DNA from: Candidatus Tayloriibacteriota bacterium
GTDB taxonomy: Bacteria > Patescibacteriota > Minisyncoccia > Phycocordibacterales > PALSA-1337
Reading direction: 5' to 3'
DNA length: 64,000 nt
NCBI GenBank assembly: GCA_943354385.1
Contig: CALRBR010000001.1
Span: forward strand, 2,942 to 66,941
The notes beneath the pieces are model-generated. The model was not told where the DNA came from. It made no database searches and saw nothing but the letters and a program-made list of their open reading frames with translations. A program made the translations under genes and the position numbers. Shown here one piece after another: positions 17,869 through 27,144 of the stretch; the stretch's first letter is position 1; every line of letters begins with the position of its first letter.

Positions 17869-19080
17869 TTATTTCGACAGTCGTAGATTTCCTTCCGCTC
17901 TCAGTGTAGTCGTATCGCCCCTTACTCCTGCTATATATCTATGATAGCCGGCAATACCGATCATAATGGCATTATCAGTGGTATGGGAGATACTAGGGAT
18001 TTGTAATTTTAGTCCAGGCAATGTGTCCGCTAGTATTCCAAATGACTTTCGTATGTAAGTATTTGCAACCACGCCACCACCGAGTATGAGGGTCTGTGCG
18101 CCGGTATGCTCGAGAGCTTTTTTAGTTTTGGAAATGATGACTTCAGTGACCGCGTCCTCAAATTGTCGTGCGATTTGCATTTGTATATCTGGGGTCATGG
18201 TCGGTATCTTTTGTGCCATATAGAGGACGGCGGTTTTAATTCCTGAAAAAGAAAAATCAAAATCTTTTGAATGGATCATTGGTCGAGGTAGAATGTATTC
18301 TGAAATTGTTCCATTTGGACGCACGTTTCTATCTTTTTCTGCAAGTTTCGAAATCTCTGGCCCACCAGGATAGGGAAGTCCGAGTATACGTGCGACTTTA
18401 TCAAAGGCTTCACCGAGTGCATCGTCTCGGGTTTGTCCGATGAGATCGTATTTTCCAGATTCAGGTATCAGTACAAGCTCGGTATGTCCTCCCGAGATGA
18501 GTATAGCGAGGGCGGGGTAGGAGACTGGTTTGATAGTAAAAGTTGGTTGACTCTTTTTTTCTGGTCTTTTTTCTTCGAGTAATGCCACAGCAACATGTCC
18601 CTCCATGTGATTGGTTGGAATGAGAGGAATATCCCAAAGTTTTGAAAGAGCTTTTGCAAAACCTACACCGACCCAAAGTGCTGGCTCGAGACCCGGACCA
18701 TGAGTGACCGCGATAGTGTCGATGGGCGGTTTTTCGATAGTGGGGATATATGCTAAAAAATGTTCCAGTAGACCGGATTCTCTTTCTAAAATTTGTTTGA
18801 TTTTTTCGAGTTGTGTATCCTGTTTGGTTATTGTTTCTTGTTTCTTGGTGTTTTCAAAACCCGCTTCCTCCAGCGCTTTTTTCATGAGTGGAATCAGGTT
18901 TCGACAATGCTCCCTCTTTGCAAGCATCGGAAAAACCCCGCCATATTCTTTGTGAATATCGACTTGAGAAAAAAGTGCATTACCGAGAATGGTGACGGTA
19001 GTCTCGCCAGCTTGCCCATCAAATTTAAGCAAGCTCACCGCCGTCTCGTCGCAGGATGTTTCGATTGAGAGGATTATCAT
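17869..19080 (-). CDS. tsaD: tRNA N6-adenosine threonylcarbamoyltransferase (Kae1/TsaD family)
   Basis: MIILSIETSCDETAVSLL N-terminus and the metal-binding NHMEGH motif. There is an insertion of ~60 aa relative to E. coli TsaD. Confidence 0.85.
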   Translation of the reverse strand: MIILSIETSCDETAVSLLKFDGQAGETTVTILGNALFSQVDIHKEYGGVFPMLAKREHCRNLIPLMKKALEEAGFENTKKQETITKQDTQLEKIKQILERESGLLEHFLAYIPTIEKPPIDTIAVTHGPGLEPALWVGVGFAKALSKLWDIPLIPTNHMEGHVAVALLEEKRPEKKSQPTFTIKPVSYPALAILISGGHTELVLIPESGKYDLIGQTRDDALGEAFDKVARILGLPYPGGPEISKLAEKDRNVRPNGTISEYILPRPMIHSKDFDFSFSGIKTAVLYMAQKIPTMTPDIQMQIARQFEDAVTEVIISKTKKALEHTGAQTLILGGGVVANTYIRKSFGILADTLPGLKLQIPSISHTTDNAIMIGIAGYHRYIAGVRGDTTTLRAEGNLRLSK

Positions 19081-19084
19081 TTTG

Positions 19085-19156
19085 TGACCCCACGGAGAGT
19101 CGAACTCCGCTTAACAGATTGAAAACCTGCTGTCCTAACCGATAGACGATGGGGCC
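19085..19156 (-). tRNA. tRNA-Glu(TTC)
   Basis: The reverse complement is GGCCCCATCGTCTATCGGTTAGGACAGCAGGTTTTCAATCTGTTAAGCGGAGTTCGACTCTCCGTGGGGTCA. Anticodon loop TTTTCAA. T-arm CGGAG-TTCGACT-CTCCG. It ends 4 nt before the tsaD start codon. Confidence 0.8.
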
Positions 19157-19236
19157 TTATTTGCAACAGGAACACTATAGCATTTTTTGTATATTTTGCA
19201 AAAAAGTGTTATTGTTTGTAAGCTGAAATAGAAAAA

Positions 19237-19329
19237 GGAAAGGTACCGAAGAGGTTATAACGGCGCCGATTCGAAATCGGATGGTCGGGTCAAACCGGCA
19301 CGAGGGTTCGAATCCCTCCCTTTCCGCCA
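19237..19329 (+). tRNA. tRNA-Ser(CGA), type II with long variable arm, encoded CCA
   Basis: Acceptor GGAAAGG/CCTTTCC, anticodon loop TTCGAAA, variable arm GGTCGGGTCAAACCGGCAC, T-arm GAGGG-TTCGAAT-CCCTC, then G-CCA. Confidence 0.75.
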
Positions 19330-19358
19330 ACACAAAAATCTGCTATCCTGAAGTTCTT

Positions 19359-19432
19359 GGGCGGTTAGCTCATTTAGCTAGAGCGCATCGTTGACGTCGA
19401 TGAGGTAATAGGTGCAATTCCTATACCGCCCA
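19359..19432 (+). tRNA. tRNA-Val(GAC) with an unusual T-loop (TGCAATT)
   Basis: Acceptor GGGCGGT/ACCGCCC, D-arm GCTCATTTAGCTAGAGC, anticodon stem-loop CATCG-TTGACGT-CGATG. The T-loop has G at the position that is normally U55. Confidence 0.7.
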
Positions 19433-19443
19433 CAGAAAGTATT

Positions 19444-20052
19444 TTGGAGATTGAAAAACATATGGAAGAATTAACTTTACTTTTTGCAGAATATAAACAG
19501 GTCTCTATTGGAGTACATGTCTTGGCGGTGGTTATCGGTATGGGCTCCGCTTTGATTTCGGACGCACTATTTAATCGGTTTATTGCAGATTTTAGGATTG
19601 ATAAAATCGAACACCGTGCATTTTCAACACTTTCAAAAATAATCTGGACTAGCCTGGTCATCATTGTAATAAGTGGGGTGGCTATTTTTCTGTCCGATGT
19701 GGCTGGATATAGTAGTTCCGATAAATTTCTTGCCAAGATGACTATTGTTCTTTTTATTATTATTAACGGACTTTTTTTTCGATTCCGTATCGACCCATCA
19801 TTAAAGAAAATTGATTTCTCTGATACTAACAATCGTCACAAGTATGTGAAAATAAGGAAATTATCTTTTGCTTTTGGTGCGATATCCGTCGTCTCGTGGC
19901 TATATGCTTGTGCTTTAGCTCTTTATAAAAACAACCAGTTCTCTTACGGCACCATTATGCTTGCATATCTTGCTTTTGTTGCTGTGGGTGTTTTATGTAG
20001 CCAGGTTTTGGATAGGATAATTGTGAAGAGGGCGATAAAAAATCAAAGATAA
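19444..20052 (+). CDS. hypothetical polytopic membrane protein
   Basis: 202 aa with four or five predicted TM helices. The region is low-GC. No motif was recognised. Confidence 0.4.
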   Translation: MEIEKHMEELTLLFAEYKQVSIGVHVLAVVIGMGSALISDALFNRFIADFRIDKIEHRAFSTLSKIIWTSLVIIVISGVAIFLSDVAGYSSSDKFLAKMTIVLFIIINGLFFRFRIDPSLKKIDFSDTNNRHKYVKIRKLSFAFGAISVVSWLYACALALYKNNQFSYGTIMLAYLAFVAVGVLCSQVLDRIIVKRAIKNQR

Positions 20053-20062
20053 GGAGAAAGGT

Positions 20063-20500
20063 CTATTTATGCTGTACGGTATGTCTCTTCTTCAAATCTG
20101 CAAACATACTGGCGGCGAGGCCGATGATGACTATGTTTTTTATAATGTATTGCCCCTCGAGAGTGGGGACAAGGAAACCTTGCCATGCGATTTCAGGTAG
20201 TAGAAAAAGTGGCATAATTGTCACGACCATGTGCGGGATGAGGAGTATCAGTGCCACCTTTTCCATTTTGGGAATGATAAAGAGAACACCGATGAGTACC
20301 TCCCAGGCACCCAAAAACATTATAAAGCTGTGAAAAGATATAAACGGCAAGGTTCGGTTGAGTAGAGCTTCGACAAGGGGATTGGCTGGACTGAGATCAA
20401 AAAACTTGAGCGAACCAAACCAAACAAACACAACAAACAGCGCAAAATGTGCAAACACAAACGCAATGTATTCTTTTTTCCTCATCATATCTGATGTCAT
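20063..20500 (-). CDS. DoxX-family-like small membrane protein
   Basis: 145 aa, about 4 TM helices. WFGSLKF...AWEVLIGVLFIIP resembles DoxX. The family assignment is from memory. Confidence 0.4.
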   Translation of the reverse strand: MTSDMMRKKEYIAFVFAHFALFVVFVWFGSLKFFDLSPANPLVEALLNRTLPFISFHSFIMFLGAWEVLIGVLFIIPKMEKVALILLIPHMVVTIMPLFLLPEIAWQGFLVPTLEGQYIIKNIVIIGLAASMFADLKKRHTVQHK

Positions 20501-20713
20501 ATCTACTAGTATAAAATGATTGGTGGATTATAGCTAGGAAGAAGTTGTGTATATGTCGTTTGGCGTTGATTTCAAGTCGAGGTATACTATAGAGTGAACT
20601 ATGAACCTCTCTCAAAAAAGATTATTGTGGACATTTTTCATCTGTGTGTGTTTTTCTATTTTCTACGCTTACTACAATCTAGTTGTATTGCAGAATTTTA
20701 ACGTTATCTACCC

Positions 20714-22462
20714 ATGATTGATTTCACTCAATTTTGTCAGTGGGAGCCGGTAAAGGCATTACTCTTCTCGGAAAATGTTCCTGACGCGCTCGTTTATTAT
20801 TCACATTTTACTTCCTTTGTTGCTGGAATAGCATATGCTGTTTGGTTTTATATAAAAAGTAAGGGAAGTGTGTCTGCAAAAATACTGGTAGTAGCGCTGG
20901 GAGCATTTTGCCTCTGGAACTTTTCTGATATGGTGCTTTTTGCAACCGACAGGCCAGAGTACGTCATGTTTTTTTGGTCGCTACTTTCACTTTTTGAGCC
21001 ACTCATTTATGCTGGGTTATTTTTCTTTTTTTACACCTACGCACTAAAGAGACCAGTTCCGTTTAAGGCACTCGAGGCAACATTTTTGGCTTTTATCCCG
21101 ATACTCATTCTTTTGGGCACAGCATACAACCTTGAGTCATTTGATCTGTCTTCGTGTGACCGTGACGCTATTGAGGGAGGGCTTATTGAGTATGTTTATT
21201 TTCTCGATATAATTTTCGCTTCAGCGATAATGATTACTGCGGTCTATGCGTATCGAAAGATGGAGGCGGTTATGCGACCAAAGATTTTGACTGTCGGTAT
21301 TGCCCTCGCTTGTTTTATGATTGTATTTGGGCTTGGAAATTTGATTGGTTCGTATACTGAGTTTCAGTGGCGTTTTGCTCAGTATGGACTGCTCGGGCTT
21401 CCGCTCTTTATTCTAATTATTTTGTTTGTATCGACGAGAATAAAGATTTTTGCTGGACAGACGATACGCCCGCTTTTGCTCGTGGCCATCATGTGGTTTA
21501 CCGTCTTCTCGCTTTTGTTTGCTGATCTGAGTTTGTTTACTCGAGTTTTGGTAGCGGTACTTTTGATTTTGGTCTCAATGTCATCATATGTTTTTGTAAA
21601 GGTATTGCGTGAAGATTCAAAAAAGTCACAAGAAATTAAAAAGCTTAACGCACAGCTTGGGAACCTCAATACACACCTTGAAGATAAGGTGAAGGAGCAA
21701 ACTCGGGAACTCCTCGGTGCGTATGAAATTGAAAAGAAAGCCAGAATAGAGCTCCAGAGAATTAGTGAGGAAAAGGATCGGTTTATAATGATTACTCAAC
21801 ATGAGCTTCGCACACCGTTGACTGCGATAAAATGGGGGATGGAGACAATGCTCTCTGGTGGGTTTGGGGAGATTAGCCAGGCACAGACCGACTATGGAAC
21901 CTCAGCAAAGGATAGTGCAGACCGGCTGATCAGGGTGGTAAACAAGATGGCAAACAGTAATGAAAAAAATCTCTATAGTGCAACGGGTTCTGTAGAGCAA
22001 TCATTCTTTGCCCCAGTGCTCGAGCGTGTTATGAGTGCATTTGAACTGTATAGGGAAGAAAAGAAAATCGAGATTAAAAAGGACATTCGTGTCAGTCGGG
22101 ATGTGGCACTTAAAATATCTTCAGAAAAGTTGTATCAGATCGTTTCAAACCTGATAGATAACTCACTAAAGTATACTCCAGTGGAGGGGAAGATCGCAGT
22201 TAGTCTATATAGTGAGGATCCAAAGACAGTGACCATGAAAATTTCTGATAATGGTATTGGTATTCCGCCTGAAGCAAAGGAGATGCTTTTTTCAAAGTTT
22301 TATCGTGCAAATAATGCGATGGCAATGCATCCAAACGGCTCTGGTCTAGGACTCTGCATTATCAAATCTCTGGTAGAACAGACAGGAGGCAAAATAGATG
22401 TGATAAGTGAAGGCGAGGGTAGAGGGACAACAGTGGTTATAGTGTTTCAGAGAGTTGTTTAA
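20714..22462 (+). CDS. sensor histidine kinase (membrane-embedded sensor region, HisKA, HATPase_c)
   Basis: ITQHELRTPLTAIKWGMETM (H-box). ISDNGIGIP...GSGLGLCIIKSLVEQTGGKI (N, G1, G2 boxes). About 8 TM helices at the N-terminus. Confidence 0.8.
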   Translation: MIDFTQFCQWEPVKALLFSENVPDALVYYSHFTSFVAGIAYAVWFYIKSKGSVSAKILVVALGAFCLWNFSDMVLFATDRPEYVMFFWSLLSLFEPLIYAGLFFFFYTYALKRPVPFKALEATFLAFIPILILLGTAYNLESFDLSSCDRDAIEGGLIEYVYFLDIIFASAIMITAVYAYRKMEAVMRPKILTVGIALACFMIVFGLGNLIGSYTEFQWRFAQYGLLGLPLFILIILFVSTRIKIFAGQTIRPLLLVAIMWFTVFSLLFADLSLFTRVLVAVLLILVSMSSYVFVKVLREDSKKSQEIKKLNAQLGNLNTHLEDKVKEQTRELLGAYEIEKKARIELQRISEEKDRFIMITQHELRTPLTAIKWGMETMLSGGFGEISQAQTDYGTSAKDSADRLIRVVNKMANSNEKNLYSATGSVEQSFFAPVLERVMSAFELYREEKKIEIKKDIRVSRDVALKISSEKLYQIVSNLIDNSLKYTPVEGKIAVSLYSEDPKTVTMKISDNGIGIPPEAKEMLFSKFYRANNAMAMHPNGSGLGLCIIKSLVEQTGGKIDVISEGEGRGTTVVIVFQRVV

Positions 22463-22490
22463 AGACTGTGAAGATTTGTGTTTTGGAATA

Positions 22491-22526
22491 ATCCCCCGAA
22501 AATCAGTAGATTTTCGGGGGATTATG
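22491..22526. terminator. bidirectional terminator hairpin (member of the CCCCGAAAATC hairpin repeat family) between the convergent HK and trxB genes
   Basis: atcccccgaaaatcagtagattttcgggggat flanked by A/T runs. Confidence 0.6.
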
Positions 22527-22576
22527 ATTCTATTAAAATAAGGCTCTACAGCATTATTTTAATATTGTCAGTAAAG

Positions 22577-23548
22577 TTATTTTGTGTGTAAAAAGTTGTA
22601 TATATCCTCGATTGCTTTTACAGCGTCTCCTGCCGCGATATTGTTTTGATGGAAGAGGCCATCCGTGCAGTCTCCCGCAGCCCAAATAGCGCCACCCCCT
22701 GAAACACCCTCACTTGCTGATGTTATTAAGTGCGCTCGTTGTGTTCGTGGATCTACAATAATATGATTCCTTTTGTCGAGTGTTACTACCTCTTTTGCAA
22801 AACTAGTGTTGGGAAGAAGACCGATTTCCACAAAAATACCGGTGGCTGGGATCTCTACTTTTTTTCCTGTTTTTGTGTCGGTATATAAGAAAGCATTTAC
22901 AAATTTATTACCTTTTACTTCGGTAGGGATAGAGTCGGTAATAGCGCGCATTTTTGGATTTGCAAGCACTCGTTCGACGGTGATGGGGTCAGCTCGAAAA
23001 ACTTCACTTCGGTTTACCAGAGTCACACTTTTGCAGTAGGCGAGAAGCTGGGACGCACTTTCAAAAGCAGCATTACCTCCGCCTACGACCACTACATCCT
23101 GATCAGCAAAAAGAGGTCCGTCACAGGTAGCGCAATAGGTAAGCCCTTTATGTTCAAAAATATCGGCTCCAGGCACCGTGAGCTTTTGGCGGTAACTACC
23201 GGTGCAGACTAGGATAGTTTTTGCGTTGTATTCTGTCCCTGATGTTTTCACTATAAATCCCCACTCAGTTTTCTTAATAGATTCACAGAGCTCACCTTCT
23301 TTGATGCTGAGTATTTCTCCCGCATACGATTTGAGGTGATTTTCAAGATTTTTAGCAAGATCATTGCCAGAAATTCGAATATTTCCGATCCAATTTTCAA
23401 TACCTTCAGATACAGCACTTTGACCCTGAAAGTCCTTGGTGATAAAAAGAGTTTTGAGTCGCTTGCGCGCTGCATAAACACCAGCCGCTACACCAGCAGG
23501 CCCCCCACCAACAATTATTAGATCGTATTGAGTAGAATCAAGATTCAT
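22577..23548 (-). CDS. trxB: thioredoxin reductase
   Basis: YDLIIVGGGPAGVAAGVYAARK FAD-binding fold, the redox CATCDG motif, and a second GGGNAA nucleotide-binding motif. Confidence 0.85.
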   Translation of the reverse strand: MNLDSTQYDLIIVGGGPAGVAAGVYAARKRLKTLFITKDFQGQSAVSEGIENWIGNIRISGNDLAKNLENHLKSYAGEILSIKEGELCESIKKTEWGFIVKTSGTEYNAKTILVCTGSYRQKLTVPGADIFEHKGLTYCATCDGPLFADQDVVVVGGGNAAFESASQLLAYCKSVTLVNRSEVFRADPITVERVLANPKMRAITDSIPTEVKGNKFVNAFLYTDTKTGKKVEIPATGIFVEIGLLPNTSFAKEVVTLDKRNHIIVDPRTQRAHLITSASEGVSGGGAIWAAGDCTDGLFHQNNIAAGDAVKAIEDIYNFLHTK

Positions 23549-23637
23549 GATAATTATGGGTAGAATTTATATTTAAGATTCATGAATATGGACAGGGAGA
23601 TGGTACATTTTTAATTCTTAAATCTGTTTTCGGGCCT

Positions 23638-24795
23638 CTATTTTTTATTTCTTCTCAAAAAAGCTGGTACTGCACCCCAATCATCGTCTACTTCAGGAGT
23701 TTCCTTTCTCTCTTCTGGTTTGTTTTGCATCACAATAGCAGATGGAACTGGTACTTGAGGTAGAGAGTTAAAGATTCTAAGCTTTTTTTCTTCATTTTGT
23801 GCGAGTGCGGGAGTCTGGAAGAGTGTTTTTTTGGTAGGAGATTCTGGGAAGCCAGATGCGATAACAGTAACCTTGATCTCGTTTTTCTTGAGCTTGTCAT
23901 CTTTTACTGTACCGAAAATAACTTTTGCTTGTGGGTCGATAGATTCAGTAATAACCTTTGCAGCATCCTGGATTTCAAACATGGTAAGGTCGTCTCCACC
24001 GGCGATAGAAAAGAGCACACCTTTTGCACCTGCAATTGAAAGATCAAGCAATGGTGAATTGATAGCCATTCGAGCAGCTTCTTCTGCACGTTTTTCACCG
24101 CTGGCACAGCCGATACCCATGAGCGCCGACCCAGCATTTTCCATAACAGCGCGAATATCTGCAAAATCGATGTTGATAATACCTGGAGTAGTGATGAGGT
24201 CAGAAATACCCTCGACTGCTGATTTGAGGATTTCATCACACATAGCAAAGGCGTTTTTAGCAGTGGTGTTTTTGTCGATAGTGCTGAGTAGACGGTCATT
24301 AGGAATGATAATAATAGCATCTACTTCTTTTCGTAGTTCCTCGAGAGCTTGCTCAGCTATTTTCATTCTCTGGAGACCCTCAAAAAAGAAAGGCTTGGTA
24401 ACTACCGCCACAGTAAGTGCCCCGAGTTCCTTTGCTGTGCGTGCTACGGCTGGGCTAGCACCAGAACCAGTACCTCCGCCGAGTCCACAAGCAATAAAGA
24501 CCATGTCGGCACCCTTGATAGCTTCTTGTACCTCTTCTTTTGTTTCCTCTACTGCTCTTTTGCCCAGCTCCGGATTCATTCCAGTACCGAGACCTCGGGT
24601 GAGATTTTTACCAATGTGGATTTTCTTTTTCGCTAGAGAATAGTGCAAGTCCTGCGAGTCAGTGTTGATCGCAATAAAATCAACCCCTTTCACTTTTGAA
24701 TTGATCATGTGATTAACTGCATTTTTTCCTGAACCACCGCAACCGAGTACTTTGATACGGGCGAAGGCTTCGATTTCTGGTGTGATGTGTGGCAT
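23638..24795 (-). CDS. ftsZ: cell division GTPase FtsZ
   Basis: IKVLGCGGSGKNAVNHM and the tubulin signature GLGGGTGSGASPAVA. Confidence 0.9.
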   Translation of the reverse strand: MPHITPEIEAFARIKVLGCGGSGKNAVNHMINSKVKGVDFIAINTDSQDLHYSLAKKKIHIGKNLTRGLGTGMNPELGKRAVEETKEEVQEAIKGADMVFIACGLGGGTGSGASPAVARTAKELGALTVAVVTKPFFFEGLQRMKIAEQALEELRKEVDAIIIIPNDRLLSTIDKNTTAKNAFAMCDEILKSAVEGISDLITTPGIINIDFADIRAVMENAGSALMGIGCASGEKRAEEAARMAINSPLLDLSIAGAKGVLFSIAGGDDLTMFEIQDAAKVITESIDPQAKVIFGTVKDDKLKKNEIKVTVIASGFPESPTKKTLFQTPALAQNEEKKLRIFNSLPQVPVPSAIVMQNKPEERKETPEVDDDWGAVPAFLRRNKK

Positions 24796-24903
24796 ATGAT
24801 TACGGTTAAGTTCCTAAATATAATATGAGTTCAATGATATCAAACTGCTGGAAAAAGGGAAGTATACAGATTTGTAATATATGGCCAGTGTTTTATGTCG
24901 GTC

Positions 24904-26091
24904 CTATGGTAAAAAAGGCCTGAGCCAAGAGCTAATCGTTCTTCCAATATTACCAATAATTTTTACACCTGGTCTTTTAATACCTGGAGCATCACCAGCA
25001 TTAAGTCCAAGGATACATAGTCCATAAGCTACTGCAGAAGAGGCATCCTTTATTTCTTGATTACTTTCCTTGAAATGAATACTCGCGATACGAGAAGGAA
25101 GTTTGAGTGCAACTCGAGCGAGGTCTTCAATAGTACCTATACCAGATCCACCCCCAGTGATAACGATTCCGGCAGGCAATAAACCATTTCGATTTATTTT
25201 TTTTAGATGGACCTCGATTAACTCAAAGATATCGGATAGCCGTGCGACAATAATTTCCTCTAGCTTTTTTCGCGGATAAGTCGCACTTGTGATAGCACCT
25301 ACTTTTACCTGTTCAGCTTCCTCGAGTGGAATCTTGAGTCCAAGGGCAATGTCGTTGGTAATGTCAGTACTGCCGATCGGTAATACCTCGAGGGAGATGG
25401 GAATATTGTTTTCGAATACAGCGATTGAGACCGTTTCAGCTCCAATATTGGCAAGCATGCAACCGGCTACTTTTTGCTGTTTTGTAAGGGTAACGAGGCT
25501 TGCCGCGATTGGGGATGGTATAATATCTTGTACTTCTACACCAGCTTCCTCTACTGCTTCTATAAGGTCATTTAAGTGGTGCTCAAGGCAGGTAATAAAA
25601 AGCGTTCGTACTTCAAGTTTGGTTCCCTTGGTACCTTCTGGTCGGCCGAGTACGGCTTTACCATCCACCTTGTATTGAAGTGGAATAGTGTGAATAATTT
25701 TCTTATTAAGGGACGCAGAATGAGGGATTTCGCTCTCGCTCGCTTCAATTACTTTTTGAATATCGAGCTCGCTTATTTCTGAATCTGCCCGAGAGATAAT
25801 GACGGAACCCTGAGATACGATACTAGAAAGCCCTATACCACCAACAGACAAGAAAGCTTTTCTTATTTTTATTTTGGCAATTTTCTCAGCCTCAGCAATT
25901 GCGGCTTTGATACTAGCTACAACTTCGTTTGGGTGGGTAATGTATCCGTGTCGTACGCCGTGTGTTTCAGCTGCTGCAGCCGCAATGATGCGAGGCATAC
26001 CATTAGAGTTTTTATCCACACGCTCCGCGACCAAGATTTTTACCTGGTAGGTGCCGATATCGATGCCGGTGACAATGGTGGTACGACTCAT
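24904..26091 (-). CDS. ftsA: cell division protein FtsA
   Basis: Actin-fold ATPase, IVTGIDIGTYQVKILVAE N-terminus. It sits immediately upstream of ftsZ in the same orientation. Confidence 0.85.
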   Translation of the reverse strand: MSRTTIVTGIDIGTYQVKILVAERVDKNSNGMPRIIAAAAAETHGVRHGYITHPNEVVASIKAAIAEAEKIAKIKIRKAFLSVGGIGLSSIVSQGSVIISRADSEISELDIQKVIEASESEIPHSASLNKKIIHTIPLQYKVDGKAVLGRPEGTKGTKLEVRTLFITCLEHHLNDLIEAVEEAGVEVQDIIPSPIAASLVTLTKQQKVAGCMLANIGAETVSIAVFENNIPISLEVLPIGSTDITNDIALGLKIPLEEAEQVKVGAITSATYPRKKLEEIIVARLSDIFELIEVHLKKINRNGLLPAGIVITGGGSGIGTIEDLARVALKLPSRIASIHFKESNQEIKDASSAVAYGLCILGLNAGDAPGIKRPGVKIIGNIGRTISSWLRPFLP

Positions 26092-26151
26092 GATGGGTGA
26101 TGGGAGTTGTCTCGAGGGAGCGCATTAAAAATCTAGTAATTCTGTGACGGA

Positions 26152-26547
26152 CTAGATGCTAAATTGCTTTCGGATTTTCTCCTCTTCATCCTCCATTGTA
26201 CTACTATGATCGAATCCTTTCAAATGGGTCAAACCGTGGATAAATAAAAAGGCCAGGAAATTCTCGTATTCACGGTCAAATTTTAACGCCTCTTTTTTGG
26301 TTTCTTCGAGGTTAATAAAGATTTCCCCCTCCGTAACTGAGATAGGAAAACTCAAAATATCTGTTGGCTTATTTAATTTTCGGTACTGAAGATTGAGTGC
26401 GGTCATATGGTCTATGTCAACAAACACCACACTGAGTTCATATTTCTTGCCGAGCACGGCTTCCTTCATTTCAACAAAAGACACGCGTGGAAGCGTGTCT
26501 TTTGTTGTGTTCTGGATACTGCAGTTTTTGTTACCCAATACAGCCAT
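26152..26547 (-). CDS. ybeY: endoribonuclease YbeY
   Basis: HGLTHLKGFDH zinc-binding motif (HGxLHLxGYDH). Confidence 0.85.
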   Translation of the reverse strand: MAVLGNKNCSIQNTTKDTLPRVSFVEMKEAVLGKKYELSVVFVDIDHMTALNLQYRKLNKPTDILSFPISVTEGEIFINLEETKKEALKFDREYENFLAFLFIHGLTHLKGFDHSSTMEDEEEKIRKQFSI

Positions 26548-26554
26548 CTTTTAG

Positions 26555-26809
26555 CTAACGTTTTGGAGCTCCGCGTCGTTCTGGCTTCTCTGGCATCTTT
26601 CCTAGCTTAATTAATTCTTGGATACCTTTCTTGTACTCAATACTCTCGAGAGTCTTCATTTTGGTTTTGTAATGGGAAAGTACTCGCTGATTGTAGCGAA
26701 GCGAGCGTACCTTTGGGAGAATACCTGATCCCTGGACACGTTTGGTAAACCTTCGGATAAGGTTGATTGGGTTTTCGTTGCTGTTCTTTGTTACTTCTAC
26801 ATTTATCAT
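26555..26809 (-). CDS. rpsU: ribosomal protein bS21
   Basis: From the internal ATG, MINVEVTKNSNENPINLIRRFTKRVQGSGILPKVRSLRYNQ aligns to the S21 N-terminus (V.V..NE...ALRRFKR....G.L.EVR....Y). Confidence 0.6.
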   Translation of the reverse strand: MINVEVTKNSNENPINLIRRFTKRVQGSGILPKVRSLRYNQRVLSHYKTKMKTLESIEYKKGIQELIKLGKMPEKPERRGAPKR

Positions 26810-26874
26810 AGTGGGATACATACTACCATGGTGGAATAAAAAAGGCAATCTTATAGTACTGGATTTATGATTTA

Positions 26875-27062
26875 TGTCCCCGATTTATAACGAGCGGACA
26901 CTGATTTATAAAGAGTGGAACGACTATATAAATCAAGTGGGCCTAACTACCTTCTTCGGCCAAGGCCAATAGAGAGGAGCAACCTCATAAATTCTGTTCT
27001 TCCGAGAAATTCCACAAATTTTCAGTTGAAAGGCTCAACGGTGCACCGTTGAGCCTTTCCGC
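26875..27062. repeat. repeat family C copy plus a GGCTCAACGG hairpin module
   Basis: ggatttatgatttatgtccccgatttataacgagcggacactgatttataaagagtggaacgactatataaatcaag ... ggccaatagagaggagcaacctc ... ggctcaacggtgcaccgttgagcc. Confidence 0.7.
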
Positions 27063-27144
27063 CAAACCAAGCCTTTGTTCAAAGCTATTTTTGCTATTTT
27101 ATATGATTCGTGAAGCTTAAATCATACTTCGTAAATCAAGAGTC

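Noticed and set aside
23831-24643. Long antisense ORFs inside conserved genes: 23831-24643 in ftsZ, 29146-29781 in pth, 43871-44461 in gyrA, 2537-2965 in lepA, 61685-62341 in island 2, 33523-33708 across the leader hairpin
   Set aside because: They overlap well-supported genes on the opposite strand, have low-complexity Ser/Arg-rich translations, and have no motifs. They are artefacts of open antisense frames.
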